Of a stretch of 64,000 nt of DNA, positions 12,782 through 24,844 are shown piece by piece (the stretch's first letter is position 1; every line of letters begins with the position of its first letter). This stretch comes from Octopus vulgaris (taxonomy: Eukaryota): contig OX597816.1 in NCBI GenBank assembly GCA_951406725.2, forward strand, positions 152,086,001 through 152,150,000, given 5' to 3'. A program made the position numbers and the translations under genes. The notes beneath the pieces were generated by a model that had not been told where the DNA came from, did no database searches, and worked only from the letters and a program-made list of their open reading frames with translations.

Positions 12782-13949
12782 CACAGGTTGAGCCAAAAGT
12801 TGTTTCTTTTTAAATTTTTGCTGGTGATTTTTGATACAAATTCTTGTCCAATCGTGGCTGAATTGTTTATTGTTTAATTTCATATATAACATATAAACTT
12901 TAATTGTTTATTCTTTGTTTTACATCTTTGGTAATGAGTTGCGAAAAAATTGCAATTAGAGCCATTTTACACAAACAGCTGGAAAAAAGACCGAATGCAA
13001 AGACAGTCGACGAATATGTGGTACAAAACTGGTTCAGACGTTTCGAGGAACGTGGCACTAACCTCGAAGACAAACCAAGGTCACGGAAACTTTCTGTTGT
13101 GGAAGATAAGGCCTTGTCTGAACAACAACCAAGCACAAGTACTCGTAATTGTCGGCAGAACTTGGTCCTTCGCAAAGCACCATCATTCTACACTTCCATA
13201 AGTTCGGCCTCATGGACAGACGCTGTCGAGAAGTTCTTCCTGAACTGACCAATGACCAGGCTCAATGACGAGTGAACATGCAAAAAACTGCTGGCAAATC
13301 CTCGAGATGTCCGTTTTTGGCGTCGAATTGTAAATGTGGATAAAAAATGGATCAATCAGTGGCTTCGTTTTGGCTAAGCTTCGGAACCTACTGTCAAACA
13401 AGGGTGGTTTGAACAGGTCATACTGTGTGGAATTTTGAGGGCGTGTTGCACTTTGAGCTTGTCCCATATGGTTATGTTGTGACCGCTAACCTTTATGCTC
13501 AACAACTGCAGCGAGTGTATGATGCTTCGAAAGCCCGCTACTTGGCGCTGGTCGATCGAGGATGCACACTCCTACAGTATGACAATGCCCTAGCATACAC
13601 TGTCAATGTGACCAAGTGCAAACTTGAGGAACTGAAGTTTTTTAAGTGCTGCCTCACCTTGCCCACAGTCAAGACTTTGCACCATCAGACTACTACCTTT
13701 TCTGAGCCATTGCTCATTTCTTTCACGGACGGAGGTTCATCAACGTAGATGATGTTGAAAGCAGGCGTAGAGAATTTCTTGCCTCTAAACCAGCTAAGCG
13801 GGGAATTGAACTTCTGACATAAAGATGGCAACATACAATAGAATATGATGGCATATATTTTGCTGAATAAACGCTTTTCGTGTGTAATCTGTTCGAACTA
13901 TTAATTAAATCTTGAAATACGAAAAAAAATCTTTTGACCCAACCTGGTG
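12782..13949 (+). mobile_element. Mariner transposon fossil with both TIRs
   Basis: TIRs CACAGGTTGAGCCAAAAG / CTTTTGACCCAACCTGGTG flanked by TA; QNWFRRF..LEDKPRS (HTH), WNFEGVLHFELVP, LLQYDNA, HSQDFAPSDYYLF motifs. Confidence 0.92.
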
Positions 13950-14172
<223 letters not shown>

Positions 14173-16020
14173 CTGTGTATTATTTCTACTTCGTTTTTGT
14201 ATCTGGTTTGCAAAATTCGTTATATGAATTCGTGTGCTGAAACAAATTTTGTTGTGTTTAGGGAGAGTCATTTTGCCAATATTATTAGCAAACTCTATAC
14301 TAATTAACACGCGTATTAATGATGTTGGCACAATGACTCTCCCTAGACACAACAAACTATATTATTTCTATTACATTTAAAAGTTCTTAATTAGTAATCT
14401 TTGGGGCTAATATCGTGAAAAAAAAAATAAGGAGATCACTGGCTTAGAGTACATGGCTGTAAATAGATATTGAGAAAGAGAGATTAGAAGAAAGAGAGGG
14501 AAAGCGATTGAGAAAGCGATGTAGGGAGCGGGAGAAGAAAGAGAGTAGAAAGAAAGTATGAAGAGAGAGAAAGAAGCTTCTGTTCGACGGCCTAGACACA
14601 GAAAAACAAAACAGTATAAAAATGGATTATTCCCTTATTGTATCTTCATTTGATACAATATTTTGTACATTCAAACCAACACTCGCTATTTGGCACTCAC
14701 ATTTTCTATGATTCTGACTTCCTTCACTATAATTATTTCGGCATTTGTTTATGTGTGCATGTATGCGTGTATTTGTGGTGTGTATGGGTGTTTGTCAAAT
14801 TAAAGACTGAACCAGAATATTGATACCTTGCTCGTAGAATAAGGACATTGTGATGTCAAGCTGCACAGTGTTATATTAAATCAAAGATGCTGACATTTTG
14901 CTCGGCTATCTTCAAGTCGTTGCAAATAAATAATTATTTCAGCTGTCAAGTTACTCCGAGAAGAATGTTTTCATTGTATGGTTATTCTAAAGAGACGTGT
15001 TGTATGAGGTAATTACTTTAGTAGCTGAGACTAATACGACTTCGTTTTAACTTCATGGTAAAGATATGCAATTGTATATCAAGACAGTGTAGTAGGCCTG
15101 CAAATGATACGTTCATACATCAGCCGTCTGCTTCTACAAAATTAGATTGAACGCTTCCTTAACATATTTTAATTAATCAACTCGCTTCTTCAACTGTGAT
15201 ATAGATTTAAACACAACAAATGATATCAAATTTATGATTTACAGATAAAATATTTCTTAGGAGATTAGAAAATCGAGTATAAGGTTACTTGTTGACATTG
15301 TACAACGATAAGATAAATTACCGTTCGCATTTTAATTATACTTAATGATTGCCATTATTTCTCCTTGCGAAAACAGTCGTAGAATTTCCAGTTAGGGTTA
15401 CAATTAGCTTTTTTCTTTACATTTTCTTTCCCTTATGAAATGAAAACGAGTGTTTAGATTAGATATTCCTACTGAAAATATCTTTAAGCTATTTATTGCA
15501 ATATGGACAACGTTATTAAGAAAATTGGTTTTAATATGGAAAGTGGCAAATGCGAAGTATAGAAGAAATAAACTTCTCATGTGTCATGACTGCATCTCAT
15601 TTCGTTTTGCTGTCGAAGCAGTTTCGCTGAATTTTAGTGAGGAATGCATGACCGTCATATGACACCATCACTTTTCTATGGTCTCCTCCTATTATTGGAC
15701 TATGTGGCCTGTCATGAGCTGAAAAATATTGCTGGCCAAATATCAGCTACTTGACTTACGCTAATTATATTTATCCTCAATCCAGTCACAATTCTCCCCA
15801 TATGTTCTTTAACAGATCTGACATGGTCATGCGATCTGCTGGAAAAGGCTGCCAAATTTCCTTCAAATCACACCCTACAACTTTTTTTGAAATTAGTATC
15901 GGAGAATGCATTGGCTAGTGTAGTCTTAGATACACTATGTTCAAAACAGTAAGATAATATGGCCACGACTGGAACGCCTCTAATCCTAGGTTTCCTCATT
16001 CGAGGTAAATGATAACAGTA

Positions 16021-16160
16021 TTACCACGCCCATCACTCCATTAACCACGCTATTCACTATATAAACCACGCTTATTACTACATTAGCCACGCTGCTCAAC
16101 ATATAAACCACACCCTTCTCCCTATTTTCCACATCACTCACCATATAAATCACTTCTTAT
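16021..16160. repeat. Degenerate ~23-bp minisatellite (ACCACGC core)
   Basis: ACCACGC/AACCAC recurs at ~20-25 bp spacing about six times. Confidence 0.6.
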
Positions 16161-16337
16161 CATATTTGACATGTTTTACCAATATCCGTTACAGTTGTAA
16201 ATTTTACTCCTTGCTGTATATTTTAGACCAAAGGGAATATGTTCAGTTTTTTCAGGCTCTTAAATTCAGCCTTCTCAAAGAAGTCTAGATCTGCATTAAA
16301 AAATACATCCTAATTCAATGCGGTGTTATATGTGTGT

Positions 16338-16394
<57 letters not shown>

Positions 16395-16404
16395 TGTACG
16401 TGTA

Positions 16405-16900
16405 GCTGGGAGGAGAAATCGTCAAATCATTATTCGTGAGTTATCAGAGGATGTGTAGATTAGTTACAGTTCAGTTCTATCTATTACCACTGAAAATTTG
16501 GGTATGAGACGTTTTTCTGCCAAGTTTGTGCCAAAACTACTTTCAGCTGACCAAAAAGAAACTCGGGTTTCAGTTGCACAAGATCTTCTTGATTGTGTTA
16601 AGAACAATGAAAACTTTTGAAAACTTTGCGTAGGCCTCTGAGCAGGTATCATCAAGCTTTTGGCAAACTTTGATGGAAATTTTCTACTCAGCTTTCTCTG
16701 TCATGATCAATGCAATGATCACATGCCACACACCTTTCTTCAAAGCACTGCTGTAAACAACGGAAATGAGCTAGAACGTTAAAACTTAGTGCATATGCGC
16801 AGCAGTGTTCAAGGTCAATCTGTGCCAAGTGGCTTCACTCTGCGTGCTTAAACTTCGTTACTATAGCAGCAGTCCGAATACTTATTGATCAGACCACGTA
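16405..16900 (+). mobile_element. Non-autonomous mariner-like fragment with right TIR
   Basis: RELSEDV..ENLGMRRFSAKFVPKLLSADQKETRV translation; ends AGTCCGAATACTTATTGATCAGACCACGTA. Confidence 0.8.
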
Positions 16901-16945
16901 TATAGAAAACAAATTTTATTGTACACGAGTAGAAATATAGAAAAA

Positions 16946-17215
16946 AGAAGTTGAAAATGCATTGGAATTCATTTAGACTTCTTGTTTAAAAAAAATTTTA
17001 AAGACTCAGCTGTTTTCACAAATTTCTCTGGTTTTCAAAAGTTGAGATAGAAAGGCGTGGAGTTATGCTGCAACTGTCTTGCAGCATAGACAGTTGCATC
17101 ATAGCTCCACGTCTTTCTGCTTCAAATTTTGAAAATCAGAGAAATCCGTGAAATCGATAAAGTCTTCAAAAGATTTTAAATAAGAAATCTAAACGAATCC
17201 AAGTGCATTTTCAAC

Positions 17216-17219
<4 letters not shown>
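16946..17219. repeat. Foldback element (imperfect ~130-bp inverted arms, 8-nt loop)
   Basis: AGAAGTTGAAAATGCA ... TGCATTTTCAACTTCT termini; inner TGCAACTGTCT / AGACAGTTGCA. Confidence 0.9.
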
Positions 17220-17263
<44 letters not shown>

Positions 17264-17374
17264 CGTTTAGTAGATGAAACTTTAGCGACTGAAGAAGGGA
17301 TTTTTCGTTATATATATATATATGTACATGTAGAGGTAGGTACGTACATATATGTTTATATATATGCATATATT

Positions 17375-17414
<40 letters not shown>

Positions 17415-17448
17415 CATACATACATACATACATACATACATACATACA

Positions 17449-17482
<34 letters not shown>

Positions 17483-17519
17483 CATACATACATACATACA
17501 TACATATTAGAAACATGAA

Positions 17520-18585
17520 TTGTTTGTGTCGATGGGGTCGTATGACAGTGCTGACATATGTGATCTAGTAGGTCTTTACATATTAAATACATTGAGATCT
17601 AAGTTCTTATCCCATGATATTGGTCTATTCCATGATGTTAGTTTGGTCATATCTGATGACGGTGATGGACATATATTTTTAGTCAAAATTATGGTACCCA
17701 CTAATTTCTTTAAAGCTGATTTCTTAGATGTTTTCCTACACTTGAACTCGTGCTCTTATAATCCCTATCATAAACTGAATGAGGAACTCACGTATATACA
17801 TAAACCGTCCTATCACTTTCTATAATATTTAAAAACCTTATAACCGATATCAGTAATAAAATATCTAATCTCTCCTCTTTATGGAAATATTCGATAAAGC
17901 AACCTCCTACAATAATTATACCCTGGCTGACAATAGCTCCAAAAATATGATACCTTACAATCCTTCCATTAAAAATATGGAACCTAAAACTAGACTCCGG
18001 AAAATAATATGGCTGCTACCCATTATTTTCTCTTAGAATGCTAAGTCTAACATACATAAAAAAAATTCTTGGACTTAATAGATAGGCATTTCCCGGTTAA
18101 CCATAAATATATAAAAGATTTTAATAGACGTTCAATGAAAATTTTATATAGCTGCTGCCCCGATATGAAAATATTATCATTCGTAGACCACATCAAGAAC
18201 TCACTCCAAGTTGTAACTGTTGAAATCTCGAAGCTTTCTTACTTGATCAGGCATATTTGATCAACTAAGTGTTTTATGAAGCCGAAGTCACAGCAGTTCT
18301 CCAAAATAAGGAAATCCAAAAGAAAGATTATGCTGATTTATTCGAAAGTAATTTTAAAACGTGCAAACCACCAGTCTTCTTTTCGACACATAGGTAAGAA
18401 TAAAGCTACAAAGTTAGCTACCTGTTTTGGGGATCTGAAGGGTAACTATACAACACACTCAATCAAGTGGAGTTATATATAAATAGATCAAGACCCAGGC
18501 TAGGTGTGGCCGTAAGATCTCAAATACTTTTTGGATGCAAGAACTCTACGGCCCTACTTAATTCCAAATTCGAAATTTTTAGTAA
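17520..18585 (+). mobile_element. Penelope-like element fossil (RT plus GIY-YIG)
   Basis: MGSYDSADICDLVGLYIL, DIGLFHD, LIDRHFPVNHKY..FNRRSMKILYSCCPDMK, NHQSSFRH..TKLA..IKWS motifs. Confidence 0.88.
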
Positions 18586-18589
18586 ATTT

Positions 18590-18955
18590 AGAGTGGTGGT
18601 AAGACGTTTACTTCTCAACCACTGCCTGGCTCCTTGGGCAAGTGTCTTCTACTATGGCCTCAGGCCGACCAAAGCCTTTAGTAGATTTGGTAGGCAAAAA
18701 CTGAAAGAAGCCCGTCGTATATGTTTATATTTATATGTGTCTTTGTGTATGTGTTAATCTCCCACTACCTCTTGACCAGTGTTGGTTTGTTTATGTCCCC
18801 GTTATTTAAAGGTTCAGTAAAACAGACCGATTGACTAAATACCAGGCTTTAAAAAAAGTTCTAATGTCGATTTGTTCAATTAACCCCTTCAAGACAGTGC
18901 TCCAGCATGGCCACAGTCTAATGACTGAAAAAAGTGAAAGATAAAAGAAAAGATA
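18590..18955 (+). mobile_element. SINE family B (tRNA head, CCTTGGGCAAGT CORE-like motif)
   Basis: GTGGTAAGA..CCTTGGGCAAGTGTCTTCTACTATGGCCTCAGGCCGACCAAAGCC..AACTGAAAGAAGCCCGTCG; related copies near 28715, 33130, 39974, 40734, 41212, 56866(-), 59680(-). Confidence 0.8.
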
Positions 18956-19914
18956 ACAAATTTCTCTTGTCAAACTTCGAATTAAGTAGGCAGTCTCACA
19001 GACTTTTACCTCCTCCCCGTGGAAATATTTTACACTTGCTTTATTAAATCTTATTCGAACACCATCCATTTTAATTAAACAGAAATAGGAGACGCAATTC
19101 TTATTTTCCTTTCCTTCTTTTCTTTCATTCTTACTTCTTTCATTTTCTTTTCCTTTTTTACCTTTCACCTTTTATTTTTTTCGTTCCGCTTTTTCTCACT
19201 CCACTTTTTGCCTTCACCTTCATCTCGCTCTTTCTCTGTGTTTTTTTTTTTTTGTTTTTGTTTTTTCATAAACCAACGTCCTATCTTTTTCTTTTTCAAA
19301 TAATACCAGCCATGTTGTATATTGAACCTGAAAGATTGCTTGGAAGCAGAAGGCATGATATAAAAATCTTCTGGTGTATTGTGTTTCCACAGCATGAAGC
19401 TAATTGTAACTCGTACTTAAGTACTGTGTATGTAAAATGACATATATTTAAATTTCTTCATATAGTTATTGAAATTTTCTTTTGATGCCTTACTAGATTG
19501 CATATAGTTAATGATGTGGCAGTGGAGAGCTAACATATCAATTACTTTTTAATTAATTACAATTTCACTTTTAGTGAAGAGAAAAATCATTAGCACTCAT
19601 GCTTAGTCTTCCCACCAATTAACCGTCACTTGGCGTCTGAGGGATATAAAAATCTTGAGCTATAAACATTCACATATATGACAACTTAAAATAATAATTG
19701 GGGGAATTTTCCCCGGATGCTATTTGCATAAGAAACATATAACTTAGTGCTGAGCCCAAAATTATAAAAAATTACAACTATAGTGACGACAAAAATTATT
19801 TGCTTAAATAATTAATAAATTGATAACACCTAATTCAATGTGATTTTTAAATATAAAGGGAAATGGCTCTTTGTCCTTCATCTAGACCTATAACTTTATC
19901 AGTTCATCGTTGTG

Positions 19915-20305
19915 TACATACATACATACATACATACATACATACATACATACATACATACATACATACATACATACATACACATACATACATACATACA
20001 TACCCACATACATACATACATACATACATACATACATACATACATACATACATACATACATAATATTTAAAGGATGACGGTTAAGTCAAGATACTTCCCT
20101 TCACAACCTTGCTACTAAGTCGGTGGACGATCAAAATTTACTCTAAAATAAGAAGAAAGAGAAGACATACATACATGCATGCATGCATGCATACATATAT
20201 ACATGCATGCATACATACATACATACATACATACATACATACATACATACATACATACATACATACATACATACATACATACATACATACATGCATGCAT
20301 ACATA
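19915..20305. repeat. (CATA)n microsatellites
   Basis: Tracts 19915-20062 and 20166-20305. Confidence 0.97.
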
Positions 20306-20571
20306 ATTAGCAACGGAAGAGGTATTAGCCCAAAATTAGCGACCTGCTTACATTCTTTAAAAAAATGTGTGCTTGTTGAAAGCCTTCTAAACTGTAGCAT
20401 TTGTCTTAAGAAAGTATCACTTATAGATATATAGTGTTAAAAATACAGAAAAATATCCACAGCAGGCGGAGGTCGCCCAGCCTTGGATGATCGCTAATTT
20501 TGAACCAATAAATTTTTGTTCAACCTACTGGCTAAATGCGTTATTGGTGACCTTTCAATGACTATATCTAT

Positions 20572-20745
20572 TTCTATTTCTTTACTACCCACAAGGGGCT
20601 AAATACAGAGGAGACAAACAAGGACAGACAAACGGATTAAGTCGATTACATCGCGACCCCAGGGCGTAACTGGTACTTAATTTATCGACCCCGAAAGGAT
20701 GAAAGGCAAAGTCGACCTCGGCGGAATTTGAACTCAGAACGTACA
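20572..20745 (-). mobile_element. SINE family A
   Basis: Reverse complement of family consensus (CGACCCCGAAAGGATGAAAGGCAAAGTCGACCTCGG). Confidence 0.9.
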
Positions 20746-21310
20746 GCAAGCAACTGGTGTTTTCTTGACAAAAAGGTGGCGTAGATATTTGCTGCTGCTC
20801 AAGCTAACTGGCAGAAATCTAGATTCAGAAATTTCACCACTAATGTTGGGTGACCTCCGGCTGCTGCTGGTATTTTTCTATGTTTTTAATACAATGTATC
20901 TATAAGAGATACATTCTGAAGATGAATACCGCAGTTTGGAAAGATTTCAACCAACACACATTTGAAGTATGTATACCAGTGGTTCCCAACCTCGGGCCGC
21001 GGACTCCTGGTGGTCCGCAAAGGTAGTGCTGGGATTCCGTGAACTAAATTCAAAATTTCATATATATTTATATATATATATATATATATATATAGCAATA
21101 ATAATTCTCTAAAAGAGATATAGACAGTAACTGCTCGATAACATAAGGGACTAAAGCCATCTGAATATGGCTAGGGACAGGGCAGGGTGGTGGGGGTGTT
21201 ACTGTTGCATTTAGCCCCAGGCGAACATCGACGTCGCCAGATAGGCCCGACACCGTCACGGTGTCCTTTAACCTGCAAAGGGAGATAATTCCCCGATGAA
21301 GCGGAAACCA

Positions 21311-21356
21311 CACACGGACCATGGTTTCAAGGTGTATTGCCTATCATCAACGTGTG
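21311..21356 (-). ncRNA. Minimal type I hammerhead ribozyme (U3 variant)
   Basis: Minus strand: CACACG-TTGATGA-TAGGCAATACACCTT-GAAA-CCATGG-TC-CGTGTG; perfect 6-bp stem I, AGG/CCT stem II, palindromic stem III, GUC cleavage triplet. Confidence 0.75.
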
Positions 21357-22010
21357 GTAGGCCTCCGCTTCCTCGACAAAATCTCACTCTGCAGGATATT
21401 CATATATAGATTTTCAAGCAAAATACATTTGCTGATTTCGAAAATCTGTTCGACAGCAATAATAATTCTCTAAAAGAGATATAGACAGTAACTGCTCGAT
21501 AACATAAGGGACTAAAGCCATCTGAATATGGCTAGGGACAGGGCAGGGTGGTGGGGTGTTACTGTTGCATTTAGCCCCAGGCGAACATCGACGTCGCCAG
21601 ATAGGCCCGACACCGTCACGGTGTCCTTTAACCTGCAAGGGAGATAATTCCCCGATGAAGCGGAAACCACACACGGAGAAACCATGGTCCGTGTGTGGTT
21701 TCCGCTTCATCGGGGAATTATCTCCCTTTGCAGGTTAAAGGACACCGTGACGGTGTCGGGCCTATCTGGCGACGTCGATGTTCGCCTGGGGCTAAATGCA
21801 ACAGTAACACCCCCACCACCCTGCCCTGTCCCTAGCCATATTCAGATGGTTTTAGTCCCTTATGTTATCGAGTAGTTACTGTCTATATCTCTTTTAGAGA
21901 ATTATTATTGCTGTCGAACAGATTTTCGAAATCAGCAAATGTATTTTGCTTGAAAATCTATATATGAATATCCTGCAGAGTGAGATTTCGTCGAGGAAGC
22001 GGAGGCCTAC

Positions 22011-22056
22011 CACACATTGACGATAGGCAATACACCTTGAAACCATAATCCGTGTG
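22011..22056 (+). ncRNA. Second hammerhead copy (stem III mutated)
   Basis: CACACA-TTGACGA-TAGGCAATACACCTT-GAAA-CCATAA-TC-CGTGTG. Confidence 0.6.
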
Positions 22057-22212
22057 TGGTTTCCGCTTCATCGGGGAATTATCTCCCTTTGCAGGTTAAA
22101 GGACACCGTGACGGTGTCGGGCCTATCTGGCGACGTCGATGTTCGCCTGGGGCTAAATGCAATAGTAACACCCCCACCACCTTGTCCATGTCTAGCCATA
22201 TTCAGATGGCTT

Positions 22213-22254
<42 letters not shown>

Positions 22255-22350
22255 CAAAGGATATCGCGGTACACGAGTTTCATAAACGACCCCTTAATGC
22301 TGTGTATTTCATGCTGTGCTGTATGAGACACGCTTATGTGCACGAGTAAG

Positions 22351-22381
<31 letters not shown>

Positions 22382-22955
22382 TATAAATTTATAAAGCTAG
22401 TAACTTGTAGTGACGGGTTAGTGTAAACTGACCACTCACCACAACGATATCAAATTTCAACCTCGAAACTAAGAAGTGATTTATGACCATTACCACCCCA
22501 TCAAAGCCAAAATTGTATTCTCAACATCTTATCTCTTTATCTCTTACTCTACCTTAAAGAATCAATTCTTTTATTATTATTTTTATATTTTTTATATTTT
22601 TAGTTACTTAATCCTTTTTTTTTTTTTTGCTAATTCTTATTTATATGTGGTTCTAACTTTATTATCCTTATTTTTACTTTTTATTATTTTGGGTTTTTTT
22701 GATTTTATTACCCTTGTCTTTTGCTTCCATTGTCTTTTACATCCAGCAACCCTGCCCCTTATTCCTTATTTTAACGTTTATTTTTTAACGTGTATTTCTT
22801 TGTCTCTATTTTTCTCTCTTTTTTCTTTCTATTTTTTCTCTCCTTTTCTCTCTGTTTTCTTTTCTTTTTTCTTTCTTTCTATCTTTTTTCTTTCTATTTT
22901 TTCCTTCCTATCTTTACAAGGGAAGTGAATACAAACACATTTCAATCTATTTAAC

Positions 22956-23315
22956 ACTAGCAGTATCGCCCGGCGTTGCTCGGGTTTGTTTCGACCCGCT
23001 GGAATTGTAATTTTGAAAAGTAAAAATTTTGTGAACATTTTTCTGGTCGAAATACACCGAAAAGTGGCGACACAGCAGTGAAAAAATCGTAAAAAATAGG
23101 GATTTTCATAGAAAAAAGCAGCTTTTTGATGTAAATAATTTTTGGTGTTAACATGGTCCGATTTGAATTTTATGTTCTACGGAAGGAAGAGCAACCCTTC
23201 TTCTATCATACTCTCAATTTTGGTCAACTTGCGCCGCAGGGTCTCGGAGGAGATAGTGTTAGTTGAAATTTACCAAACGTGGCGCACACAGACAACTTCA
23301 GCTTTATATAGAGAT
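22956..23315 (+). mobile_element. Helentron/HINE-like non-autonomous element
   Basis: Starts ACTAGCAGTATCGCCCGGCGTTGCTCGGG (short hairpin) and ends GCTTTATATAGAGAT, the architecture of DINE-1/Lep1-type elements. Confidence 0.55.
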
Positions 23316-23499
23316 AACACACACACATTAATACACATACATAGACACACACACACATGTATGTATGGATGTATATATGTACATCTGTCCACTTCTTGCA
23401 ATATTTTTATCCTTCACTTTCTACACACACACACACACACACACCTTATTAGCTTACACTTTCTTTCTGTCAACAATTGACAACAGAAATTTAACGACA

Positions 23500-24461
23500 G
23501 AAAGTAAATTAAAAACCAATTTACCTTTTCTGTATTGTTATGGCAATTCGACCGTCGGTGTGTTTTTGCAAATGTGTTCGAATGAGAAGTGAGTTGTGTT
23601 TGGCGCCTTTTTTACTAATAACAAACACACACGTGTTTGTATGTAGTTGTTTGAAACGTTTGTGTTTGTCACTGTCCTATATGTATGTGTATGCGTGTGT
23701 GTGAGGAATGGCAAACCAGATAGATAGCGCGCGAAGTTCTTTTGAAGTTCGCGCTCCGCTTGTGTGTGTGTGTGTGCGTGCTTTAGGTGTACGTAGGTAT
23801 GTGTACTCTCTCTGTCTCTTTACACACACTAACAAAAGCACTTCACTTACACACCACACTTTCTGTGTCGCACACTCCATCAAACACACACACACACACA
23901 CACGCACGCACACATGTACATCAATGCTTTCGGAGTGAAATGTTAAAATATTGAGTTTTCTCGAATTTTGTCTTAATTGGGGGTGAAATTGAAAGAAATT
24001 TTGTATGGCATGACCGAATGGAAGTACTTTGAAAAATCATAGGTAAACTCTAATTGAAGAAATTGTGTGAGGAGTAAATCGTTATGTATTTATTTGTTTC
24101 TGTTTGCTGTGTTTTTTTTTAGTAGTGGTTTAAGGTACACTTGCAAAGAGAAAGTGGGAGAAATTAGGGTGATAGCGTGAGTGAAGCAGATCGCTCCGTT
24201 TTGTGTGTGTGTGCGTGTGTGTGTGCGTGTGTGTGTGCTGTAGACCACACTAAGAAAAGCACTACACTTACACACCACAATGTGAGTTTTCTCTAAATTT
24301 TGCTTAATTGGGGTTGAAATTTTAAAAACCGGACCTGGCACGACCCGATGCATTCTACTCTTAAAAATGCTAGGTAAATTGTAATTGAAGAAATCCTATA
24401 TTGTAGATTTCTATAAGAGACAAGGGGAGGCAGATAAAATCTGCCTTTTATAATAAGAGAT
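23500..24461 (+). mobile_element. Helentron/HINE-like element with internal duplication
   Basis: Segment CGCTCCG..AAAAGCACT.CACTTACAC..GAGTTTTCTC..TAGGTAAA..AATTGAAGAAAT occurs twice (23750-24065, 24191-24395); ends CTTTTATAATAAGAGAT. Confidence 0.45.
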
Positions 24462-24654
24462 TCACTCTATGTTGACTGATGATACAATATGGACAGATTT
24501 TCGAAATCCAATGAATCTTTATACAGTTATACAGTTACGAAATTTTACAAATGCCCTTTCTCAGGGAGATATGATGTACCTATTATAATGGGTAATATTA
24601 CATGTACCTTTCATATTTTTTATAGTGTGATGTAACTCTTTGGAATAACAATGT

Positions 24655-24750
24655 TTGTGACTGAAGAGAGCTTTAAACCATCTTTTATATCAATTATACA
24701 CTGAAGTTAGAAAGGGGTCGTTTATAAAGCTTGAAACTCGTGTACCGCGA
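24655..24750 (+). ncRNA. Type I hammerhead ribozyme (Penelope pseudo-LTR-like)
   Basis: TTGTGA-CTGAAGA-GAGCTTTA..TAAAGCTT-GAAA-CTCGTG-TA-CCGCGA; canonical core, stem I weakened by probable CpG decay. Confidence 0.7.
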
Positions 24751-24844
24751 TATCCTTTGTGTTCTGTTTTTGATTTTATTTGATATATTCCCTCTCACCT
24801 CTGCCACTATCTGGCATATACAGGTGCTTACACTTATCAAGTAT

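Larger units (their letters stand above)
21094..22219. mobile_element. Retrozyme-like ~362-bp tandem repeat arranged as head-to-head palindrome
   Basis: Unit starts recur at 21094 and 21456; inverted copies start at 21678 and 22039; near-identical copies; contains hammerhead motif; (TA)n on both sides. Confidence 0.85.

Noticed and set aside
21270-21400. Plus-strand type III hammerhead (GAGATA..CCGATGA..GAAATCTC)
   Set aside because: Stem I is absent, 8 extra nt precede GAAA and the first copy reads AAAA; the pairing is simply the complement of the minus-strand rod.
21765-21805. HDV-like ribozyme suggested by CCTGGGGCTAA
   Set aside because: There is no room for P2/P3/L3 between the candidate P1 strands.
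21094-22219. CRISPR array or prokaryotic system interpretation
   Set aside because: There are no short repeats with unique spacers and no cas-like ORFs; the context is eukaryotic.
21068-22326. Repeated ORFs MVRVWFPLHRGIISLCRLKD.. in the palindrome
   Set aside because: They start at GTG/ATG inside the hairpin, differ by frameshifts between copies and resemble no protein I recognise; an RNA-structure explanation fits better.
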